This document shows, piece by piece, positions 1 to 13,175 of a stretch of DNA of 64,000 nucleotides; the stretch's first letter is position 1; every line of letters begins with the position of its first letter. The notes below the pieces were generated by a model. The model was not told where the DNA came from. It did no database searches and saw only the letters and a program-made list of their open reading frames with translations. The DNA is from Podarcis filfolensis (Eukaryota). The stretch lies in assembly GCA_964270895.1 (NCBI GenBank), contig OZ185435.1; one strand, given 5' to 3'. The position numbers and the translations under genes were made by a program.

Positions 1-1655
1 CCAAGTCTTCTACTGTCTCCTGAAGACCAGCAAATTGGGATGTCTGATAGATCAGGATATGGAATCCATTCCAAAGACTGTCCTACCACAAGTTGTCTAT
101 AAGACGAAATGTCAGGAGAAGATTACAAACAGAGTTTATTTTGAACCAGTCTCCTTAGGACTTTGAAAGAAGGCAGATCTACCTTAGATGTTGAAACTGG
201 TCCCCCTCAGGAGCCCTGAGGGTGGACAGCACTTATCTCATAGGGTGGGAGGTACCAGAATGCAATTCTCAGATTCTGCATGGACATGCATGATCCGAAA
301 ACTATATCCAGGCAACACTGGAAAGGAATACTTGAGTTGCATCTCTGGGATTGTATACTGCTTCAGTGGAGCAATATACCGAATCACTAAAATAGTGCTG
401 CCACAGGGAAATGATTAGGTTGCTTGTGCATTTGGGTCAGCCTCAGTTTTGATGCGAGGATTCATTTGAGGGGTATTTCTAGCCCTTTCACAGCGCTTCC
501 CCTGATTCCTGGGTCAGTAATTGTTATAGCTGAACAGGTGATCTCCCAGACTGCCATGTCCCAGAGTGCATAAAGCCTAGGAGAAACAGTTTGAAAGTGT
601 TAAAGAGTCCAGCTTTGAGACAACTTTAGAATATATGGTTTTCTTCTTGACAAAGTGAAAATACTTTGACACTCAGATTTAAGAACCAGTTGAATGAACA
701 GCCAATCTCCCCCTATGTATTTCCTCTAACATTATGAATATTCCATGTCAGTTTTTCCTTGTTTTCCATGTTTTTTCATGTCAGTGCAGGGTGTAGCCTA
801 GTTATCATAAATGGTGATGATCCATATCACCTGAATATTTCCAGGTCATTTGGATTATTTTGTTCAAGTATTTGAGTTGTGTCATGATATTGTTGCTTAT
901 TTTTTATCAGATGCAAGCCCTCATTACAATTTAGCCCCCCCCCCATTTTTTACAAGCAATTCACCAAACGTGTGTATGTTCATATACCAAGAAGCACATA
1001 TTCAAAATCTGTACACCATTTTAAAAAAAGTAGAGTTTGGATGATATGGCCCTTCCACATCATGGTTTAGTGTGCACTTTTTGTGTGCAGGGTCCACATA
1101 ACATTGTCATTATCAGAATGCCATCTCAGATTTTTCCCACCCATTTGATACATATTTACCATTTCTGGGTTGTTTGCTGTTTTATTTATTGGATTTTCTG
1201 CAGAATTTCCGCCCTCCCTTCCCAACAGGTGGGCGGATTTGCGACACCCAGTGGGCTTACCTGCTCCGGTGCCTCCCGCCTGGGTAGGATGGCCATCATC
1301 CCACCCCCTCCCAGTTAGGACAATGGTCAGCTGGCTGGGGGGGGCAAGGGGCAAAGGAAAAGAGGCCGACCTCTCGGCCTAATCCTCACTCCGTTTCCTC
1401 CTCTTGCAGGTTCATTTGATAAATGAAAAGAAAACAAGACCATCTGGAAACAATGCCGGAATAGGACTGAACCAGATTTTCTGGAATGTTTGTGACACAA
1501 AAAGGAGCTTTGGGGGGAATGAGATGTTCTTGAAAGACACCCCCCCCCCGGCCCACAGCCCTTTACCTTTTTTCATAGTAGTTCACGGCTGTTTGCCCTT
1601 GCTCTCCATTAGCTTTATTTGCCTGGAGTTCCATCCACACGTTGCCAGATTTGCT

Positions 1656-1804
1656 CATAAGAACATAAAAAGAGCCCCAATGGATCGGACCAAAGGCTGG
1701 TCTAGTCCAGCACCCTGTTCCTACAGGGGTCAGCCCAGATGCCTTTGGGAAGCCCACAGGGAGGAGGCAAGCAACTGGCATTCAGAGGTATGCTGCCTCT
1801 GATA
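1656..1804 (-). mobile_element. CR1-type LINE 3' fragment
   Basis: Starts with (CATAAGAA)n tail complement then ...TCTAGTCCAGCACCCTG...; same family at 62893 onward. Confidence 0.65.
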
Positions 1805-2028
1805 CCGACAGTGATATACAGCTACTGTGAGTAGCAGCCGTTGATACCGGTATCTTTATCTTTTGTCCATTGTCACTGCTGAAAAGGAAGGAAGGGTTGT
1901 AGTTGATCAGGATTGCAAAGAGCATTCTATGCCGTGCTGCTTCCTCAGACGGTGCTCTGAATGATTGTTAGAGGGCACTTCATGGACACTTGTGGAAGGC
2001 AGTAGTGGATGTCATGGGGGGCCTGCAA

Positions 2029-2214
2029 TGCTCACCTGACCTCCTTCCAGTTGCATGGATGCTGCATACCTGGCCAGGGAGGGAACGATGAGGTGAGGCG
2101 ATGGGGAGGTCAGTGTGACGCAGATGCACCAACGGGGAATCTGACCTCGCCACCACCTTGCCCCTCCATCTCAATAGGCAGCAGCAACACAGCTGGAGGG
2201 AGGTCAGGTGAGCA
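2029..2214. mobile_element. Palindromic MITE-like element
   Basis: Arms TGCTCACCTGACCTCCTTCCAGTTG and CAGCTGGAGGGAGGTCAGGTGAGCA are near-perfect reverse complements; explains the mirror ORFs 1980-2225 and 2009-2251. Confidence 0.6.
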
Positions 2215-2796
2215 GCACCCCACATTACTGTGGGGAGGAGATATCTTGTAGGGGGAGTAGATGTCTCATGGACTGTGTACTACTTTCCTTTGGCTCAACC
2301 CTATATCTGAATGAATTTATACACAGAATTTGGTGGTTCTGACCCTGTCAAGCTTTGCCATCTCTTGTATCAAGTGCCTACTTTTGTCCTAGTCACTCAT
2401 GTATCGTCAGGTTTTGTTTTAAAGCCTGACTAATTCTATGCAAAATTCTATGCCCCCAAATACCTATAGCATATGTATAAAAGAGTCATGCTCCATGTGG
2501 TACCCTAGTTCTTCAGCATAGTTTATTAATACATAATGATCAGTTATAGGCATTGCTGCATGTATCTGTTTCAGTGCTGGTTATTATAGGAATATGCCTA
2601 TATTACAAACATAATAATGTATGCAATCGTTGACATTTTCTGAAAGTTACATCACTATCTGGGCAAAAATCTGTCCAGGGAGCAAATCACTTATCAAGTC
2701 AGGTACGCAAACTTTGACTCGATGAGTCATAAGGACCCATTCTGTCACTGCCTAGAAGCTCCTGTTATTTTCAACCCCTATCCTGGCAATGAAATA

Positions 2797-3038
2797 CAGT
2801 GGTACCTCGGGTTAAGTACTTAATTCGTTCCGGAGGTCTGTTCTTAACCTGAAACTGTTCTTAACCTGAAGCACCACTTTAGCTAATGGGGCCTCCTGCT
2901 GCTGCCGCGCCGCCGGAGCATAATTTCTGTTCTCATCCTGAAGCAAAGTTCTTAACCTGAGGTACTATTTCTGGATTAGAGGAGTCTGTAACCTGAAGCG
3001 TATGTAACCTGAAGCATATGTAACCCGAGATACCACTG
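2797..3038. mobile_element. Tc1/mariner-pogo (Tigger-like) MITE, 242 bp
   Basis: TIR CAGTGGTACCTCGGGTTA...TAACCCGAGATACCACTG with TA duplication on both sides; second copy at 61681. Confidence 0.85.
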
Positions 3039-4000
3039 TATCTTCTTTTGCCACATTCCCAGGACCCAGTACTTACTGGTAGTCTACCCACAAGACTCTC
3101 ATGACCATTATGGAATCCCTAGTCAGTGGGGACCTTTTCTCAATCTGTCAGCAGCAGAAGAATATATATATGAAAGGGCAACAGAATGAACCCATTTTCG
3201 GAACCTTACTTTTTTCACTTAAAAGCTTACACATCTTTAAAAGATGTGTGAAAATCCTCACAGACGTTTTTGCAGTTGTTGGTCCAATGGATGACTTGTC
3301 AGTTGAGGTCCCATTGGCAGGGGGGGGAGTTCTTGGCCAATTTCTACCATTAGCAGCAACCACCCTACAGATTCATGATGCACCTAAAATGGGCCCCGCT
3401 TCCTTGGAATTGCATTAGCAAATAAATCGTTTTTTCAAAAATTGTCTGTGCTTGTGTATCTTTATTTCTAAGCTCAGAAGAAAAGTTAAAATAGATGTGT
3501 TGGACAAAAGCCGTTCCAACACCTCTCAGGTGGGCGCCATTGGCATCCTAAGAGAATGAAGGAGGTGTTCATGGTGAGTTCCAGCACCTCTTTTTCTAGA
3601 AGAATAGCACTGACCAAAACTATTTTGGGAACAGTTAGATTGGAAGGGGACTTTGGTGACTCTTCTGTGTTTTCCTCTTTGCTATGGAGAGCCTGTACCA
3701 CGCCATCCTCAAAACCAAAATATTTTCTGCCTGTTGTCAGGGGTTTATCACTGGAACGCTCAAAACCTCACGACGCAGCGGAACGGGTGGGGTTCGGGGC
3801 AGTGTTAAGTGCACACCCTTCAGAGTGTTTACGTTGTATCATTAAGTGTTGTCACTGGGAGCTGGGCAGGACCCCTTATATGGCAGGACTCTTGCCTCCA
3901 GGATTATTAGACCCTTCTGAAATAGAAACCTTGTGAGCCGCAGATGTTCCTTTAGGACGCACATCCATCTGCCTGCTCCTTCAAGACTCCTCTCATATAT

Positions 4001-4580
4001 CAGCTGAGTAATGAACTCAAGTCGGGGCTTGGGTTTCCTGGGGAGGAGCCTCTGTTTTCTAATTAAAGCTCCGTCCATCATGAATTTTGCTGGATGTTGG
4101 ACGAAATCCCCCTTGCAGAGCTCATCGTCCCTGACCTCTCCGAGGTTTTCTAACCCTTTAAAAATAGTTCTGCAAAGGCGTTGCTAACCGTCACCAAAAA
4201 AGTTGTTGCTGTGCTTTCAGTTCTCCTCTGAGGCTTCTCCTGCCGCATTGTGCAGCGTAAGCAGCAAACGCAAGGCCAGGTTGACCAGGCACTTAGCTGC
4301 TTGGGCGAAACAGTGGTAGCATCTCTGCCGCCTTGAGCACCATTTGCTATGCTGGGAAAGTGGGAACCCAAATCCCTCATGATCCCAGGTTTTTCCGGAG
4401 CTTACCCAGTGGTATTAAAGCTGGCTGTAGTAAATACAAGAGCTAGCCAGATAACGTTACCCAAATAACCTTGTTAATTCTGGCACTTTTCCATCCACCC
4501 TTTAACAAATGAGCCTGCAGCTGATCTCGTCGTAGTTGTCTTTGGAATGAATAGAAGCCCTGTAACCGCAGCAAATGGTA
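4001..4580. promoter_or_regulatory. Candidate muscle promoter/enhancer upstream of TNNT3 exon 2
   Basis: CAGCTG at 4001 and 4518; MEF2-consensus TTAAAAATAG at 4158-4167; TEAD/M-CAT TGGAATG at 4543-4549; CAAATG at 4506 and 4572; no recognisable repeat in this stretch. Confidence 0.45.
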
Positions 4581-4624
4581 TGTGTGTTTGTGTGCGCGCA
4601 TGCACTCACACACAGAGCCTGCGT

Positions 4625-5250
4625 TTTATTTTATTCATTCAATTTATATCCCACCCTTCCTCCCAGAGGAGATCAGGGTGGCAAACATAGCAAAGCAAAT
4701 GATAAATATATCTAAAAACTGTTTAAAAACATTCGGGGGGGGGGGGAAACCCCCAGCGAAAACGTTTTCTCAAGCAGTGATTGCCAGGCTGCCAGGAACA
4801 TTGTCTTTCAGCCATCATGCCTGGGTAAACAGGAATGCTTTTAAATTTACCCTGAAAATCAGCAAAGTGGAGGACGGATATAGCTCACTAGGGAAGGCAT
4901 TCCACAAATGGGAAACTGCCACTGAAAAGCCCTATCACCGGCCACTGCCAACTGGGCAACCCATGTGGTAATGCCACAGCAAGGCCTTACTTGCCAATTG
5001 TAGGGTCCAAGAACGTGCTCTTTGGGGTATTTAAGACTTATGCTAGTACTAAGTCCCTGAATTTGGCCTGGTACCTCAATGGCAACCAGTGCAGTTCTTT
5101 CAGGAATAGTAACACATGGCCTCATTGGGCTGCCCCACTTAACTGGCCTAGCACTTGCATTCTGCACTAGCTGAAGTCTCCACACCATCTTCAGGAGCAG
5201 CCCCACAAACAGTGCATTACAGTAGTCCAGACAGGATTGCGGCATTCCTC
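4625..5250 (-). mobile_element. L2 LINE 3' fragment
   Basis: Minus-strand ORF contains SCLDYCNALFVGLLLKMVWRLQLVQNASAR, typical of the L2 ORF2 C-terminus; boundaries approximate. Confidence 0.8.
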
Positions 5251-5859
5251 TCCCAGTGGTATTTCCGTGCTGGTTGTTGAGAAAGAGATATGATATGGAC
5301 CCAGTGGGAGCTTTTTTTCTATGCCTATTAGCTGTGGCGGCATTGGATGGGGTGGGGTGTAATAGGCTAGACTGCAGACTAGATCCAGCCCATGGGCCAG
5401 CGACTTTCCATCTCTGATCTAGGGGAATGTTTCTCACTACCAGATATCAGGCTGACATGCCTGAAGTTGCCCATTCACATATACATCACATAGTGAGGGC
5501 CTGATTGTGTTCCATCTAGTGCTCATAATGACGTGAGTGCAATTTGGAGGGCTTGAATGCCACAGTGTTTGACATCTTATTTCAACTTGGAGTTAAATGT
5601 ATGAATTACTGTAGTTTATAAGGTTCGGCTCAGACAAGTGACAGGCTAGCCTCCCATTTGATGATTAATTTTACTGTAGGGTTTACGAAGTGTATTGCTA
5701 CAATAATCCCTTCTTCAACTCATTTAATTACCCTTGCTCCACTTCTCAAGTATCATGGGATTTTTTTTTTACATCTATAGAAAGATCAGGTGTGCATGGG
5801 TGATATGTCACATACTTATTCTGCTCTTCACTTGTTCTTTCATCTAGAAACCTGCCAAC

Positions 5860-5879
5860 ATGTCTGACAACGAAGAAGT
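5860..5879 (+). CDS. TNNT3: TNNT3 exon 2 coding part (MSDNEEV); exon begins at 5848
   Basis: catctag|AAACCTGCCAAC ATG TCT GAC AAC GAA GAA GT|gtaagt. Confidence 0.93.
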
Positions 5880-6278
5880 GTAAGTAGAAGCATATCAATA
5901 TTACCATTGGTTTTAAGGGGCATTCTTTTTTTTAGGGGGGAGGGAGGTTTTCTGGTAGTATGAAACAACTGGCCCCCACAGGTACAAAGTCAATGACCTG
6001 TTCCAAAATCAATGAGAAGCAACACCTAATTTTACTGCATTTATTTATTTATTTATTTATGAATCCACAACCCTAAATAGTCAGTGCTATTTGCTGCTTG
6101 CGCAGATCATGGGCAGAATGTAACTTCTTAACTATAGTTTGGAATTAAGATGAAGCAAATGAGGAGGTTAGTGGTGAAATACTGAGGAAACAGAGGACAT
6201 ATTATGTATTTATTATGTATTTTAAAAATCCAGGTTTTTCTGCACCACACAGGCCTGGCTTGTACTCAGCACTAATTC

Positions 6279-6603
6279 AAACTATGGTTTAGCTTGAATG
6301 AGGAAGTATGCTGGTGCACAGGGAGCAAATTGTTGCTGCTTTGCTCACCTGCTGCCACCATGCTATCAGGAGCGAAACCATGGTTTCGTTTAGCATTATG
6401 TCCAAGCCTGGGGTTATTAACAACCAATGTTTGTTTGTGGAGAGCAAACCACAAACCTTGGTTCGGACATAATGCTAAGCCAAATCTTGACTTTGTTGCT
6501 TTTGTGGGTTTGCGGCAGCAGTACAAGCAGGGAAGGAGCAAAGTAACCACAATGTTTTCCTTGTGTGCCAGCATGCTTCCCCATTCATGCTGAGCCATAG
6601 TTT
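6279..6603. mobile_element. Long palindromic non-autonomous DNA transposon
   Basis: Outer arms AACTATGG...GCACA / TGTGCC...CCATAGTT and inner arms TTAGCATTATGTCC / GGACATAATGCTAA; similar element near 41800-42170. Confidence 0.65.
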
Positions 6604-6771
6604 GGTTTGTGTCATGTGCAAGTGAAGCCATACCATGATCACAGAGCAGTTTCCAACCTGATATAATATAGCAACATGCAGCATTAAACGACATTAGTAT
6701 GCATTAATTAATAAAACCAATCACTGATAAAACAAAGCAGGGCAGCCTCAGACAACTTTAACTAATTTAAT

Positions 6772-7020
6772 CCAGTGTGCTGTAGTGGTTAGGAGCGGTA
6801 GACTCGTAATCTGGTGAACCGGGTTCACGTCTCCGCTCCTCCACATGCAGCTGCTGGGTGACCTTGGGCCAGTCACACTTCTCTGAAGTCTCTCAGCCCC
6901 ACTCACCTCACAGAGTGTTTGTTGTGGGGGAGGAAGGGAAAGGGGAATGTTAGCCACTTTGAGACTCCTTAGGGTAGTGATAAAGCGGGATATCAAATCC
7001 AAAGTCGTCTTCTTCTTCTT
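6772..7020 (+). mobile_element. tRNA-derived CORE-type SINE (Squam3-like), near full length
   Basis: tRNA-like head (GTGCTGTAGTGGTTAGGAGC...GGGTTCAC), CORE-like GCTGGGTGACCTTGGGC, (TCT)n tail. Confidence 0.8.
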
Positions 7021-7552
7021 GCAAACATGCAGGACGAAATAAAAAAGGTTCTATAGTACATTCCCAGGAGACTTAGATTTGTCATTGGTAAAAACACAGA
7101 AAGCTGATAAGGTGATGGTTTAGTGGAGCTGAAGCTAGAATGCTTCATAGAGAAAGCTTACTACTAAATTTAGTTTTCAAGGGAGTCTTGAAGTCATGAT
7201 GGAGTGTCTTGACAAACAGAGAGAGGGATGCAGTGCTCACATGCATAAAACCTCCAGCCTCCAGCCAGACTAGTGATGCTTTACCATTTTTTTATTCTGA
7301 CAATGACTTGGAGCTGAAAGATGATAGCACAAATAAGGCAGGATCTATGAATTATACTTACAAGCAGCAAGTACATCACATGATAGCTATAATTAAGTCT
7401 GCAATACTGTGCACATTCACCAGACTGTGAGTCCATTGAACAGAGTGAGACGTCCCTTCAGTGTAAACACACATAGGATTGCTCTGTTCATTAATTTGAA
7501 TACGGTCTTATCTTCTGTGTTTCCTTTTGTGTCTGTCTTTTTTTTGTAACAG

Positions 7553-7566
7553 GGAGCAAGTAGAGG
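7553..7566 (+). CDS. TNNT3: TNNT3 exon 3, 14 nt (EQVE)
   Basis: T-rich tract + aacag|G GAG CAA GTA GAG G|gtgagt; phase 2 to phase 1. Confidence 0.9.
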
Positions 7567-8280
7567 GTGAGTATGGACAGCTTTTCTTAATTGTATATCA
7601 GTGTAATTTTTTTGATATACCTTTCCAATGCATATTAGGGTTATTTTTTTTAAAAAAAGCATCTTAGTTTTTTAAAAAATGTACTCCGCATATATATATT
7701 CAGAAGGCAGAATCCTAAGAGGATATCTGTTTCTATTATTCTTGTGATGGTTTCATACTGTGAAGGTCTCATAACTTAAGTCATTCATTTCTTCATACCA
7801 AATTCCTCCCCTTTCCCACCTGTAATCCATCATACACAAGCATTCTGAATTCTGGCTGACCGTGAGCATAGGATCATGGTATCTCATTTTATAAAATTCT
7901 GACCAGTGTTGACCTTGCTTACATGGTCAATGCCCGTTTCACATGGTTGGATTTCCTGTTCATTAAAATCACATCTATCCTCTCTCCTCCACCTCCTATT
8001 TTTGCTTTCTTGTCATGCAGCTGCTGCCATCTGTTGGTGACGGATTTGACAATCACGGAGCCCATAAATATGTCTCTATTTGTAGCTTATTCATTTCAAG
8101 ATTATCTTATTGCTGCTTGTTACCCTGTGGATGGCGTGAAAATGAATGAATTTTTTATTTTTATTAAACAAAAAAAAAAACATGTTTGCAGACTGTCTCC
8201 AACCTATGCATTTTGAAAAGTTTTGCCTTTTTAAGATAACACCATTGTAGACTGGGGTACAAGTACTATGTAACTTGTTC

Positions 8281-8340
8281 CCCAGGACTCGATGGCCCTT
8301 GTGGTCTCTTCCAACTCTATGATTCTATTCTATGATTCTA
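8281..8340 (+). mobile_element. CR1 3' terminus
   Basis: GATGGCCCTTGTGGTCTCTTCCAACTCTATGATTCTATTCTATGATTCTA, the (ATTCTATG)n CR1 tail. Confidence 0.75.
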
Positions 8341-10292
8341 TCCCGTGTCTGTTTCCATTGTAGAAGATTACATATCCAAACATATTAGCTGTTTCAAAAT
8401 ATATGAATTTGTGCATTGTAGTTCATTGCTGTTCTCTGTATTTGTTCACGCTATCAGCATATGTTCCCTGTCAGAAAGCATCATACTATCAGTGCAGACT
8501 TTTGTTGTCTTGCAGTCGCATGTGGAAGCAAATTTTCTGCGCAGGGTGCTTGGTCATGTCTATGAAGCATATCTTCTTTTTGGACTGAAGACAGACGACT
8601 CTCTTTTTTAACAGTCTTTCCTCAAGCTGATGTCATTTAAGAGAAAGCTGACTCACAAAACTGTAAAGCTGGGATGGAACTGAAGATCACATAGCTGCAG
8701 ATAAATAGTTCAGCCTTTTGAGGCAGCACCTTCTGGGAACAATTTAAGCACAGCATCTGTGGTCAAGAGGAGAGTGTTTGACCTGTCCTTGTTCTTGTCT
8801 GAAAAATGGCTTCTCCAATCTCCCCAACCTCTCCTGGTGACACTCCAAGATCAGAAACAACCCTGCCAGGAGAAAAATTAGCTGAGTAGAAGCAGTTGTT
8901 GAGGGCATGGAGTGAGAAGAGGAGTCATCATTTTTTCCTCCCATACATGTGACACTTTAAATTATCCCACTCCCCACTTTGTAGGATCTTGGCATGACCT
9001 GTATTATCATACATGGGCTGGGCTGCCATTATGTCTAGTTCTTTCCTAAATTGCACTGAGAAGCTGGTTTGATCTTCCCTGAGGATGACTTTCACAGCAG
9101 CAGCATGTCATATGACCACCGGTGGAGACCTCTTTAAAGTGGGTTGACACAGCAGCCACTTAGCAGGATGGTGCCAGCTTGCTGTACAAGATTGCCTGGC
9201 TCCCACCATGAGGTTTCTAGTGCCCGAGACTGCTGAAAGATGCCACTGTGAATATTTCGTAGGGGCTGATCTACAAGGTGAGCCAGTGCAAGAAATACTG
9301 GCCACTGCATGGAGCACTTCCAAGGCGGAGGTAATTTTGTGAGCAGCCTCCACATTGTGGCTGTGTCATGTGGAATTGCTCCAAAAGCAAAAGGCAGCAT
9401 TTTGTGCATTGCTTACTCATTCCACTACCAAACGTGAGCAGGGCTGCTGAATAGTATATTCCATATTGGAAATGTGCGTTGGATATGAAATATGTTCAGT
9501 AAAATAAATCCAGATTTTTGCAGCAGTAACACTAAATATCTTGATTCAAAACCTTTCACTAATTTTAGCAACCTCTAGTTATACATTAATGAAACAGGAA
9601 CATTTAATGGAGGAAATTGCATTGTCGTTTTACTATCTATTGAGGCTTATTGACCAATACCATAGCTATCCAATATAAACAGAATCAGGAAAAAAATATT
9701 ACAGCTGTAATTCACTCTAAGATTGAAATACAACCCTCTCCAGCGTTTACTTGTTGGTATTAAATTAGCGGATTCTGAAGCTACCATTCCACCTACAAGA
9801 GATCACCAGAGTGAATCAGAGCAGGCAGTGAGCTACCTTTGACTGCTTGTGCGAACTACACAACAGTATCCTATAGAAATCATTTGGAGGGAAGAATTAC
9901 TCCTGCTGAAAGTTCATTTATGCAATATGCCCTTCCTTTGCAGAAGTGCAATGGAATCTCAATCAAATTTTTACATTGGGACATGCTACGTCTATTAGAA
10001 TAATATAATTTACTCATGCCAACTCAGTTGAAATCTCTTATTCTTGAAAGGAAACAATGGCCAGTTCATTATTTTTTTGTACTTGATTAGCTCCAGACTT
10101 TAGACCGAGAAGAACCATGGAAATAGGTTTGGGTGTTTTGTTTTGTTTTGGCTTTTTATAAATAAAGGGTGTTTTTATTTTCAGTGAGTTTTTATCCTTT
10201 GTGTCGGTCCTTGTGGTCCATGTATTGCAATTGCTATGCTTTTTTGTTGATTCTGTTGCTTTTCTCGTTTTCTTTCTTTCATCTCAATGCAG

Positions 10293-10310
10293 AGGAATAC
10301 GAAGAAGAAG
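10293..10310 (+). CDS. TNNT3: TNNT3 exon 4, 18-nt cassette (EEYEEE)
   Basis: pyrimidine tract + tgcag|AG GAA TAC GAA GAA GAA G|gtaacc. Confidence 0.9.
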
Positions 10311-12425
10311 GTAACCAAAACCTGGAATGTGCCTTCTCTCTCCTGGATGATCCCTTGATCTTCAGCTCTTTAGCTGCCTGTCATTCACCCATCTCTTTGT
10401 TATTGTCTGCTAAAGATGATCTGAAATGCTAGGTGAATGACCAGCCCAGTGACTTTAGAATTAAAACTGGAGGCCATTTCACAAGGCCAAAGGGGAGATC
10501 TTGACAGCCACCAGATTAAATGCATATTACACAGCTAGCCTTTAACCCAAGCAATTATATGATTGCTCAGTTGTGCATCTTGCTGAATTCCCTTTCTGGC
10601 CCTCATAATTAGATTTGAATTTGTGGTGGCAGAAACTCCCATTATAATATTTAAGTTCCCAAACAAACTGTCATCAGCACAATAAGTTAAATGTGCAGGT
10701 TGATAATATAAAATTGGGAAATGTACATCATCTTTAGCTGACTACAGGTTTGACAAGTTACAGTAGTGTATATTGATACAGGCACGTTTTGAAGATGGAG
10801 TGAAGAAGATTCCCTTTCACACAGTTCCATTAGTGCTGAACTTATTGTTTGTACTGCAGACTCTTGGCAGTGACGGGGTCTTCAGAAAAGCTTACAGGAT
10901 CAAAGTGTTGAGTGAGACCACACATTATCTAGGTACTTGGATGTGGAAGTGCTAATACGTTTTTCTAGTGCAAGAGTCTTCTTTGTTTTGCTGTACTCCA
11001 TATCAGGATACCCCTCAAATATTTTGAAACAGGCTACTTAGGACTCAGCTACATTGGCAAAGAAAAAGCACTTTATATGCGTTGCATATGCCTTTTAACA
11101 CTGTGACACCAGATGGTGCTGTTCCATTTTTGCCAACCCGATTTCTCACAAAGTTTACAACGCATTTAACTGAAATGCTTCTTTGATGTGTTTAGATCCA
11201 GCCTTACAATCCCTTGCCATTTGATGATAAAACTTTGCTCTCAGGTTATAAAGGGAGAGAGAGAAACCAGCCTGGAAGAATATTGATTTTGTGGTTGTTG
11301 TTCAGTGATATATAAAGGATTTGTTTTATTTTAAAGCATTTCTAAACTGCTTAATATTTAAACATAAAAAGAGTAGAGTGATTGAATAAAGCAGGAATCT
11401 AGTAATACCAAGGACCAGTTGTATAGATCAGGGAAACCGTGGGCAAGCAGAGATGCCTTTACAATATGGATTTCTTCTCCCACCAGGAAACAGAGGCCTG
11501 TCCCATGGGGTTGGGTTGTGTGTGTTAGACCTTCTGGGCTAGCCTGCTCTCCCATGTACCGCAGTCATTTCCTTCCTATATGCATGTGATACTGTGGATA
11601 GCCTGGTTCAGTTGTTAACACTTTTAGTTGTACCAGAAGAGAATGCTGGGATTGGAGCAGGAATGCCATGGTGTTAAAAATGCAGGGCAGTGTAGCCCTT
11701 GAGGCTCTGGATATACTAACATGTCTAGTGTTGGGGGGGGGGAGACTATGGAAGACTGGAAGACTATGAGCAACCGACTCCAACACAGAAACTCCATAAA
11801 ATCACAATGGGAGGCTTAAGGCTAAATGTATTATTCTTAGCTCCTGAGTACGATGCTGCTGAGGAGAAGTTCATTTCCTTATTGAAACAACAGCTTTTAA
11901 GCCAGTACCCTAATTGAAAAGCAAAGAAAAAAAACAGTGCTTTCCTTAGGGTTATTGTGAATGAAGGTCCTTTTCAAACTCCATCTTCAGCCACTTGTCA
12001 AACCTAACAAAGAAATAGTCAAGGGTGCTAACCTAATACAGGCAGCTTCTTCTGGGAAAAATGAATTTCCTTTTCTTCTTTCCTTCCTCCTTCTTTTCCT
12101 ATGTTCCTTCCTTTCTGTTGGACAGGGGGAAACCCCACATTGATTTCAGTGTGTGATTGCTACGCTTGGTGTTTCTCTTCTCTTTAAACAGCATGCTCCC
12201 CTCTCTCCTGAATTATGTTTTTCTGGTTTCTGAATTGACCATCTTTGTTTGATCTGTAACTGTCTTCTTCTGTTTGCTTCCTGTTTTGTACATTCTCTTT
12301 TTTTTCTAACCACTTATTTCTCCAGCAGTAGTTCACAAAAATAGTTTTTAAAGGGTTTGGGCCACTATCTTAATGTTATTATTTTGTTTGTCTTTGCCTC
12401 TTGTTCCCATGATGTCTCCTATCAG

Positions 12426-12443
12426 AGGAAGCACAAGAAGAAG
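12426..12443 (+). CDS. TNNT3: TNNT3 exon 5-like copy A, 18-nt cassette (EEAQEE)
   Basis: cctatcag|AG GAA GCA CAA GAA GAA G|gtatgt. Confidence 0.85.
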
Positions 12444-13175
12444 GTATGTGTGTGCGTATGTGTGTGGTGTTGCCCTCTGGATTTCTCTCTCTTCCTTTTC
12501 AGAAGAGTGGTTTGTCTGCACAAAGGAATCCTAGGGTGGCAGAAGAAAAAGAACAAGATAAAAGAGAATATTAACTCCAAAGGCTTGATTCCATGGCATC
12601 AATGTGGGTGGGTGGGGGAGTCGATGAAACTGAGTTCATGACAACTCAGTTTTGAATCCCCTATACACTAAAAGAAGTGTTTGTTGTTTGTTGTTCATGG
12701 TAAATAACAGAATTGGTTGCATTTTTTTCAAACTTCTATTTTTTTCCCCCAGAATAAGACTCTGCATAGCATCCCTCTTTGGAGAAATATAGTCATTTTT
12801 GGTTCATTTTCTCCACAAATTGCAGGATTTGAAATGTGGCATATTATATAAATAACCTCTGTCTAACAAAATATGGGATTTTAGGATTCAACCTAACTCT
12901 GATCTATATGCATGCTTTAAAAACAAAGAAAGCCAAAAACTGCCCATATTCTTACTATCCAAGTAACATTTCAAATCACTGCTCAATGTGTTGTGTCCAT
13001 TCAATGTGTATGTGATTCATTTTTCCCTGCTTGACTTGCAATATTGTTATTTCTAACTTTAGCCCTACGACCTCATGTTCTTCACACAGTTTGGGCGGGC
13101 TGATTTCATTTTTATTGTTTAACTCTTTTTTCTTTCTTTTGCTGTTTCCTTCTCTTTTTTCTATTCTTCCTCCAG

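Noticed and set aside
3568-4583. Donors ATG|GTGAGT (3573) and ATG|GTATGT (4577) as TNNT3 exon 1 ends
   Set aside because: Each would add an in-frame upstream ATG (MKPAN extension) not seen in troponin T; no supporting evidence.
6772-6850. tRNA-like sequence
   Set aside because: It is the head of a SINE continuing into CORE and tail domains, not a cloverleaf gene.
11841-11868. ttcttag|CTCCTGAGTACGATGCTGCTGAGGAG (APEYDAAEE)
   Set aside because: No credible donor giving a frame-preserving length.
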